Assembly: GCA_964057225.1 (NCBI GenBank)
Contig: CAXKVF010000072.1
Location: forward strand, 186,001 to 250,000
Length of the DNA stretch: 64,000 nucleotides
Origin: Auanema rhodensis
Lineage: Eukaryota > Animalia > Nematoda
Reading direction: 5' to 3'
Part shown: positions 55,090-64,000 of the stretch, one piece after another
How the letters are laid out: each line of letters starts with the position of its first letter
Numbering within the stretch: position 1 is the stretch's first letter
The notes under the pieces: generated by a model
Told to the model about the DNA's origin: nothing
The model's database searches: none
Seen by the model: only the letters and a program-made list of their open reading frames with translations
Program-made: the position numbers and the translations under genes

Positions 55090-57729
55090 TTTAATTAGCA
55101 TAAATTAAAGTTCACGTAAATTTCAAAGTCATGGTTACCATGCACCAATATCAATAAAAATTTGTTTTTAGACTAATATGGACATGGGGAATCTAATTTT
55201 GAAAACCGCATCTCTTTATCTTTCACGTGAAGCGAGTTACATACCAAGTGCACATCACGTGTACATTTAATTAGCATAAATTTAAGTTCACGTAAATTTC
55301 AAAGTCATGGTTACCATGCACCAATATCAATAAAAATTTGTTTTTAGACTAATATGGACATGGGGGATCTAATTTCGAAAACCGCATCTCTTTATCTTTC
55401 ACGTGAAGCGAGTTACATACCAAGTGCACATCACGTGTACATTTAATTAGCATAAATTAAAGTTCACGTAAATTTCAAAGTCATGGTTACCATGAACCAA
55501 TATCAATAAAAATTTGTTTTTAGACTAATATGGACATGGGTAATCTAATTTTGAAAACCGCATCTCTTTATCTTTCACGTGAAGCGAGTTACATACCAAG
55601 TGCACATCACGTGTACATTTAATTAGCATAAATTAAAGTTCACGTAAATTTCAAAGTCATGGTTACCATGCACCAATATCAATAAAAATTTGTTTTTAGA
55701 CTAATATGGACATGGGGAATCTAATTTTGAAAACCGCATCTCTTTATCTTTCACGTGAAGCGAGTTACATACCAAGTGCACATCACGTGTACATTTAATT
55801 AGCATAAATTAAAGTTCACGTAAATTTCAAAGTCATGGTTACCATGCACCAATATCAATAAAAATTTGTTTTTAGACTAATATGGACATGGGGAATCTAA
55901 TTTTGAAAACCGCATCTCTTTATCTTTCACGTGAAGCGAGTTACATACCAAGTGCACAGCACGTGTACATTTAATTAGCATAAATTAAAGTTCACGTAAA
56001 TTTCAAAGTCATGGTTACCATGAACCAACATCAATAAAAATTTGTTTTTAGACTAATATGGACATGGGGAATCTAATTTTGAAAACCGTATCTCTTTATC
56101 TTTCACGTGAAGCGAGTTACATACCAAGTGCACATCACGTGTACATTTAATTAGCATAAATTAAAGTTCACGTAAATTTCAAAGTCATGGTTACCATGAA
56201 CCAATGTCAATAAAAATTTGTTTTTAGACTAATATGGACATGGGGAATCTAATTTTGAAAACCGCATCTCTTTATCTTTCACGTGAAGCGAGTTACATAC
56301 CAAGTGCACATCACGTGTACATTTAATTAGCATAAATTAAAGTTCACGTAAATTTCAAAGTCATGGTTACCATGAAGCAATATCAATAAAAATTTGTTTT
56401 TAGACTAATATGGACATGGGGAATCTAATTTTGAAAACCGCATCTCTTTATCTTTCACGTGAAGCGAGTTACATACCAAGTGCACATCACGTGTACATTT
56501 AATTAGCATAAATTAAAGTTCACGTAAATTTCAAAGTCATGGTTACCATGAAGCAATATCAATAAAAATTTGTTTTTCGACTAATATGGACATGGAGAAT
56601 CTAATTTTGAAAACCGCATTTCTTTATCTTTCACGTGAAGCGAGTTACATACCAAGTGCACATCACGTGTACATTTAATTAGCATAAATTAAAGTTCACG
56701 TAAATTTCAAAGTCATGGTTACCATGCACCAATATCAATAAAAATTTGTTTTTAGACTAATATGGACATGGGGAATCTAATTTTGAAAACCGCATCTCTT
56801 TATTTTTCACGTGAAGCGAGTTACATACCAAGTGCACATCACGTGTACATTTAATTAGCATAAATTAAAGTTCACGTAAATTTCAAAATCATGGTTACCA
56901 TGAAGCAATATCAATAAAAATTTGTTTTTAGACTAATATGGACATGGGGAATCTAATTTTGAAAACCGCATCTCTTTATCTTTCACGTGAAGCGAGTTAC
57001 ATACCAAGTGCACATCACGTGTACATTTAATTAGCATAAATTAAAGTTCACGTAAATTTCAAAGTCATGGTTACCATGCACCAATATCAATAAAAATTTG
57101 TTTTTAGACTAATATGGACATGGGGAATCTAATTTTGAAAACCGCATCTCTTTATCTTTCACGTGAAGCGAGTTACATACCAAGTGCACATCACGTGTAC
57201 ATTTAATTAGCATAAATTTAAGTTCACGTAAATTTCAAAGTCATGGTTACCATGCACCAATATCAATAAAAATTTGTTTTTAGACTAATATGGACATGGG
57301 GGATCTAATTTCGAAAACCGCATCTCTTTATCTTTCACGTGAAGCGAGTTACATACCAAGTGCACATCACGTGTACATTTAATTAGCATAAATTAAAGTT
57401 CACGTAAATTTCAAAGTCATGGTTACCATGAACCAATATCAATAAAAATTTGTTTTTAGACTAATATGGACATGGGTAATCTAATTTTGAAAACCGCATC
57501 TCTTTATCTTTCACGTGAAGCGAGTTACATACCAAGTGCACATCACGTGTACATTTAATTAGCATAAATTAAAGTTCACGTAAATTTCAAAGTCATGGTT
57601 ACCATGCACCAATATCAATAAAAATTTGTTTTTAGACTAATATGGACATGGGGAATCTAATTTTGAAAACCGCATCTCTTTATCTTTCACGTGAAGCGAG
57701 TTACATACCAAGTGCACATCACGTGTACA
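55090..57729. repeat. 4-monomer block duplicated at an 11-monomer offset (55090-55793 and 57026-57729)
   Basis: An A18T+A101G+T111C monomer followed by a G100T monomer occurs at monomers 315-316 and 326-327. Confidence 0.75.
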
Positions 57730-58785
57730 TTTAATTAGCATAAATTAAAGTTCACGTAAATTTCAAAGTCATGGTTACCATGCACCAATATCAATAAAAA
57801 TTTGTTTTTAGACTAATATGGACATGGGGAATCTAATTTTGAAAACCGCATCTCTTCATCTTTCACGTGAAGCGAGTTACATACCAAGTGCACATCATGT
57901 GTACATTTAATTAGCATAAATTAAAGTTCACGTAAATTTCAAAGTCATGGTTACCATGCACCAATATCAATAAAAATTTGTTTTTAGACTAATATGGACA
58001 TGGGGAATCTAATTTTGAAAACCGCATCTCTTTATTTTTCACGTGAAGCGAGTTACATACCAAGTGCACATCACGTGTACATTTAATTAGCATAAATTAA
58101 AGTTCACGTAAATTTCAAAATCATGGTTACCATGAAGCAATATCAATAAAAATTTGTTTTTAGACTAATATGGACATGGGGAATCTAATTTTGAAAACCG
58201 CATCTCTTTATCTTTCACGTGAAGCGAGTTACATACCAAGTGCACATCACGTGTACATTTAATTAGCATAAATTAAAGTTCACGTAAATTTTAAAGTCAT
58301 GGTTACCATGAACCAATATCAATAAAAATTTGTTTTTAGACTAATATGGACATGGGGAATCTAATTTTGAAAACCGCATCTCTTTATCTTTCACGTGAAG
58401 CGAGTTACATACCAAGTGCACATCACGTGTACATTTAATTAGCATAAATTAAAGTTCACGTAAATTTCAAAGTCATGGTTACCATGAACCAATGTCAATA
58501 AAAATTTGTTTTTAGACTAATATGGACATGGGGAATCTAATTTTGAAAACCGCATCTCTTTATCTTTCACGTGAAGCGAGTTACATACCAAGTGCACATC
58601 ACGTGTACATTTAATTAGCATAAATTAAAGTTCACGTAAATTTCAAAGTCATGGTTACCATGAACCAATATCAATAAAAATTTGTTTTTAGACTAATATG
58701 GACATGGGGAATCTAATTTTGAAAACCGCATCTCTTTATCTTTCACGTGAAGCGAGTTACATACCAAGTTCACATCACGTGTACA

Positions 58786-61249
58786 TTTAATTAGCATAAA
58801 TTAAAGTTCACGTAAATTTCAAAGTCATGGTTACCATGAAGCAATATCAATAAAAATTTGTTTTTCGACTAATATGGACATGGAGAATCTAATTTTGAAA
58901 ACCGCATTTCTTTATCTTTCACGTGAAGCGAGTTACATACCAAGTGCACATCACGTGTACATTTAATTAGCATAAATTAAAGTTCACGTAAATTTCAAAG
59001 TCATGGTTACCATGCACCAATATCAATAAAAATTTGTTTTTAGACTAATATGGACATGGGGAATCTAATTTTGAAAACCGCATCTCTTTATCTTTCACGT
59101 GAAGCGAGTTACATACCAAGTGCACATCACGTGTACATTTAATTAGCATAAATTAAAGTTCACGTAAAGTTCAAAGTCATGGTTACCATGAAGCAATATC
59201 AATAAAAATTTGTTTTTAGACTAATATGGACATGGGGAATCTAATTTTGAAAACCGCATCTCTTTATCTTTCACGTGAAGCGAGTTACATACCAAGTGCA
59301 CATCACGTGTACATTTAATTAGCATAAATTAAAGTTCACGTAAATTTTAAAGTCATGGTTACCATGAACCAATATCAATAAAAATTTGTTTTTAGACTAA
59401 TATGGACATGGGGAATCTAATTTTGAAAACCGCATCTCTTTATCTTTCACGTGAAGCGAGTTACATACCAAGTGCACATCACGTGTACATTTAATTAGCA
59501 TAAATTAAAGTTCACGTAAATTTCAAAGTCATGGTTACCATGAACCAATATCAATAAAAATTTGTTTTTAGACTAATATGGACATGGGGAATCTAATTTT
59601 GAAAACCGCATCTCTTTATCTTTCACGTGAAGCGAGTTACATACCAAGTGCACATCACGTGTACATTTAATTATCATAAATTAAAGTTCACGTAAATTTC
59701 AAAGTCATGGTTACCATGAACCAATATCAATAAAAATTTGTTTTTAGACTAATATGGACATGGGGAATCTAATTTTGAAAACCGCATCTCTTTATCTTTC
59801 ACGTGAAGCGAGTTACATACCAAGTGCACATCACGTGTACATTTAATTAGCATAAATTAAAGTTCACGTAAATTTCAAAGTCATGGTTACCATGAACCAA
59901 TATCAATAAAAATTTGTTTTTAGACTAATATGGACATGGGGAATCTAATTTTGAAAACCGCATCTCTTTATCTTTCACGTGAAGCGAGTTACATACCAAG
60001 TGCACATCACGTGTACATTTAATTAGCATAAATTAAAGTTCACGTAAATTTCAAAGTCATGGTTACCATGAAGCAATATCAATAAAAATTTGTTTTTCGA
60101 CTAATATGGACATGGAGAATCTAATTTTGAAAACCGCATTTCTTTATCTTTCACGTGAAGCGAGTTACATACCAAGTGCACATCACGTGTACATTTAATT
60201 AGCATAAATTAAAGTTCACGTAAATTTCAAAGTCATGGTTACCATGCACCAATATCAATAAAAATTTGTTTTTAGACTAATATGGACATGGGGAATCTAA
60301 TTTTGAAAACCGCATCTCTTTATCTTTCACGTGAAGCGAGTTACATACCAAGTGCACATCACGTGTACATTTAATTAGCATAAATTAAAGTTCACGTAAA
60401 GTTCAAAGTCATGGTTACCATGAAGCAATATCAATAAAAATTTGTTTTTAGACTAATATGGACATGGGGAATCTAATTTTGAAAACCGCATCTCTTTATC
60501 TTTCACGTGAAGCGAGTTACATACCAAGTGCACATCACGTGTACATTTAATTAGCATAAATTAAAGTTCACGTAAATTTTAAAGTCATGGTTACCATGAA
60601 CCAATATCAATAAAAATTTGTTTTTAGACTAATATGGACATGGGGAATCTAATTTTGAAAACCGCATCTCTTTATCTTTCACGTGAAGCGAGTTACATAC
60701 CAAGTGCACATCACGTGTACATTTAATTAGCATAAATTAAAGTTCACGTAAATTTCAAAGTCATGGTTACCATGAACCAATATCAATAAAAATTTGTTTT
60801 TAGACTAATATGGACATGGGGAATCTAATTTTGAAAACCGCATCTCTTTATCTTTCACGTGAAGCGAGTTACATACCAAGTGCACATCACGTGTACATTT
60901 AATTATCATAAATTAAAGTTCACGTAAATTTCAAAGTCATGGTTACCATGAACCAATATCAATAAAAATTTGTTTTTAGACTAATATGGACATGGGGAAT
61001 CTAATTTTGAAAACCGCATCTCTTTATCTTTCACGTGAAGCGAGTTACATACCAAGTGCACATCACGTGTACATTTAATTATCATAAATTAAAGTTCACG
61101 TAAATTTCAAAGTCATGGTTACCATGAACCAATATCAATAAAAATTTGTTTTTAGACTAATATGGACATGGGGAATCTAATTTTGAAAACCGCATCTCTT
61201 TATCTTTCACGTGAAGCGAGTTACATACCAAGTGCACATCACGTGTACA
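58786..61249. repeat. 7-monomer (1232 bp) tandem duplication (monomers 335-341 and 342-348)
   Basis: The series C56G+A81C+G99A+C123T / C54 / T32G+C56G / C35T / none / G9T repeats at 1232 bp. Monomer 348 has an extra G9T. Confidence 0.85.
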
Positions 61250-64000
61250 TTTAATTAGCATAAATTAAAGTTCACGTAAATTTCAAAGTCATGGTTACCA
61301 TGAAGCAATATCAATAAAAATTTGTTTTTAGACTAATATGGACATGGGGAATCTAATTTTGAAAACCGCATCTCTTTATCTTTCACGTGAAGCGAGTTAC
61401 ATACCAAGTGCACATCACGTGTACATTTAATTAGCATAAATTAAAGTTCACGTAAATTTCAAAGTCATGGTTACCATGAACCAATATCAATAAAAATTTG
61501 TTTTTAGACTAATATGGACATGGGGAATCTAATTTTGAAAACCGCATCTCTTTATCTTTCACGTGAAGCGAGTTACATACCAAGTGCACATCACGTGTAC
61601 ATTTAATTAGCATAAATTAAAGTTCACGTAAATTTCAAAGTCATGGTTACCATGAACCAATATCAATAAAAATTTGTTTTTAGACTAATATGGACATGGG
61701 GAATCTAATTTTGGAAACCGCATCTCTTTATCTTTCACGTGAAGCGAGTTACATACCAAGTGCACATCACGTGTACATTTAATTAGCATAAATTAAAGTT
61801 CACGTAAATTTCAAAGTCATGGTTACCATGAAGCAATATCAATAAAAATTTGTTTTTAGACTAATATGGACATGGGGAATCTAATTTTGAAAACCGCATC
61901 TCTTTATCTTTCACGTGAAGCGAGTTACATACCAAGTGCACATCACGTGTACATTTAATTAGCATAAATTAAAGTTCACGTAAATTTCAAAGTCATGGTT
62001 ACCATGAACCAATATCAATAAAAATTTGTTTTTAGACTAATATGGACATGGGGAATCTAATTTTGAAAACCGCATCTCTTTATCTTTCACGTGAAGCGAG
62101 TTACATACCAAGTGCACATCACGTGTACATTTAATTAGCATAAATTAAAGTTCACGTAAATTTCAAAGTCATGGTTACCATGAACCAATATCAATAAAAA
62201 TTTGTTTTTAGACTAATATGGACATGGGGAATCTAATTTTGAAAACCGCATCTCTTTATCTTTCACGTGAAGCGAGTTACATACCAAGTGCACATCACGT
62301 GTACATTTAATTAGCATAAATTAAAGTTCACGTAAATTTCAAAGTCATGGTTACCATGAAGCAATATCAATAAAAATTTGTTTTTAGACTAATATGGACA
62401 TGGGGAATCTAATTTTGAAAACCGCATCTCTTTATCTTTCACGTGAAGCGAGTTACATACCAAGTGCACATCACGTGTACATTTAATTAGCATAAATTAA
62501 AGTTCACGTAAAATTCAAAGTCATGGTTACCATGCACCAATATCAATAAAAATTTGTTTTTAGACTAATATGGACATGGGGAATCTAATTTTGAAAACCG
62601 CATCTCTTTATCTTTCACGTGAAGCGAGTTACATACCAAGTGCACATCACGTGTACATTTAATTAGCATAAATTAAAGTTCACGTAAAATTCAAAGTCAT
62701 GGTTACCATGCACCAATATCAATAAAAATTTGTTTTTAGACTAATATGGACATGGGGAATCTAATTTTGAAAACCGCATCTCTTTATCTTTCACGTGAAG
62801 CGAGTTACATACCAAGTGCACATCACGTGTACATTTAATTAGCATAAATTAAAGTTCACGTAAATTTCAAAGTCATGGTTACCATGAACCAATATCAATA
62901 AAAATTTGTTTTTAGACTAATATGGACATGGGGAATCTAATTTTGAAAACCGCATCTCTTTATCTTTCACGTGAAGCGAGTTACATACCAAGTGCACATC
63001 ACGTGTACATTTAATTAGCATAAATTAAAGTTCACGTAAAATTCAAAGTCATGGTTACCATGAAGCAATATCAATAAAAATTTGTTTTTAGACTAATATG
63101 GACATGGGGAATCTAATTTTGAAAACCGCATCTCTTTATCTTTCACGTGAAGCGAGTTACATACCAAGTGCACATCACGTGTACATTTAATTAGCATAAA
63201 TTAAAGTTCACGTAAATTTCAAAGTCATGGTTACCATGCACCAATATCAATAAAAATTTGTTTTTAGACTAATATGGACATGGGGAATCTAATTTTGAAA
63301 ACCGCATCTCTTTATCTTTCACGTGAAGCGAGTTACATACCAAGTGCACATCACGTGTACATTTAATTAGCATAAATTAAAGTTCACGTAAATTTCAAAG
63401 TCATGGTTACCATGAACCAATATCAATAAAAATTTGTTTTTAGACTAATATGGACATGGGGAATCTAATTTTGAAAACCGCATCTCTTTATCTTTCACGT
63501 GAAGCGAGTTACATACCAAGTGCACATCACGTGTACATTTAATTAGCATAAATTAAAGTTCACGTAAATTTCAAAGTCATGGTTACCATGAACCAATATC
63601 AATAAAAATTTGTTTTTAGACTAATATGGACATGGGGAATCTAATTTTGAAAACCGCATTTCTTTATCTTTCACGTGAAGCGAGTTACATACCAAGTGCA
63701 CATCACGTGTACATTTAATTAGCATAAATTAAAGTTCACGTAAATTTCAAAGTCATGGTTACCATGCACCAATATCAATAAAAATTTGTTTTTAGACTAA
63801 TATGGACATGGGGAATCTAATTTTGAAAACCGCATCTCTTTATCTTTCACGTGAAGCGAGTTACATACCAAGTGCACATCACGTGTACATTTAATTAGCA
63901 TAAATTAAAGTTCACGTAAATTTCAAAGTCATGGTTACCATGAACCAATATCAATAAAAATTTGTTTTTAGACTAATATGGACATGGGGAATCTAATTTT

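Larger units (their letters stand above)
1..64000. repeat. Tandem satellite DNA array, 176-bp monomer, ~363.6 copies, single orientation; probable (peri)centromeric satellite
   Basis: The sequence restarts 'tttaattagcataaattaaagttcacg' at 1, 177, 353 and so on. The 60-column layout returns to register every 2640 bp (15x176). The last monomer starts at 63890, exactly as predicted with a single +1 indel. No foreign sequence is present, and the array runs off both window ends. The centromeric assignment is inference from the nucleosome-sized unit and high homogeneity. Confidence 0.99.

Noticed and set aside
1-64000. CRISPR array or other prokaryotic repeat-spacer system
   Set aside because: Units are contiguous 176-bp near-identical copies with no unique spacers, no leader and no cas genes.
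1-64000. A/C54 alternation as an information-bearing code
   Set aside because: The pattern is explained by the nested duplications, and no independent structure is apparent.
1-64000. Embedded transposon, inversion, telomeric repeat or rDNA (5S) unit
   Set aside because: Register and orientation are unbroken throughout, and the monomer shows no similarity I can recognise to 5S rRNA or telomere motifs.

Overview
The whole 64 kb window is one uninterrupted head-to-tail array of an AT-rich (~32% GC) 176-bp satellite monomer: 363 complete monomers plus 111 bp of a 364th, all in one orientation. Consensus: tttaattagcataaattaaagttcacgtaaatttcaaagtcatggttaccatg(a/c)accaatatcaataaaaatttgtttttagactaatatggacatggggaatctaattttgaaaaccgcatctctttatctttcacgtgaagcgagttacataccaagtgcacatcacgtgtaca. 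Monomers differ from consensus at about 0-4 bases, and I see only one indel (+1 bp, monomer 50). Monomer n starts at 1+176(n-1) for n<=50 and at 2+176(n-1) after that. There are no genes, RNA genes, transposon insertions, inversions or CRISPR spacers. Monomer length, homogeneity and array size fit a eukaryotic centromeric or pericentromeric satellite, but I cannot assign a species or named family. The informative signal is in the SNP pattern, which I read by eye and which should be confirmed by alignment. The array is layered and roughly symmetric: an inner domain (~7.6-44.0 kb) with its own diagnostic variants sits between two outer domains that share a different variant set. It also carries nested higher-order duplications of 3, 7, 10, 15, 30 and 48 monomers. 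The monomer is rich in short dyads and contains two CACGTG E-boxes and a degenerate CENP-B-box-like 17-mer. I found no evidence of a new protein-coding system. Variant names such as T134C use positions within the monomer.
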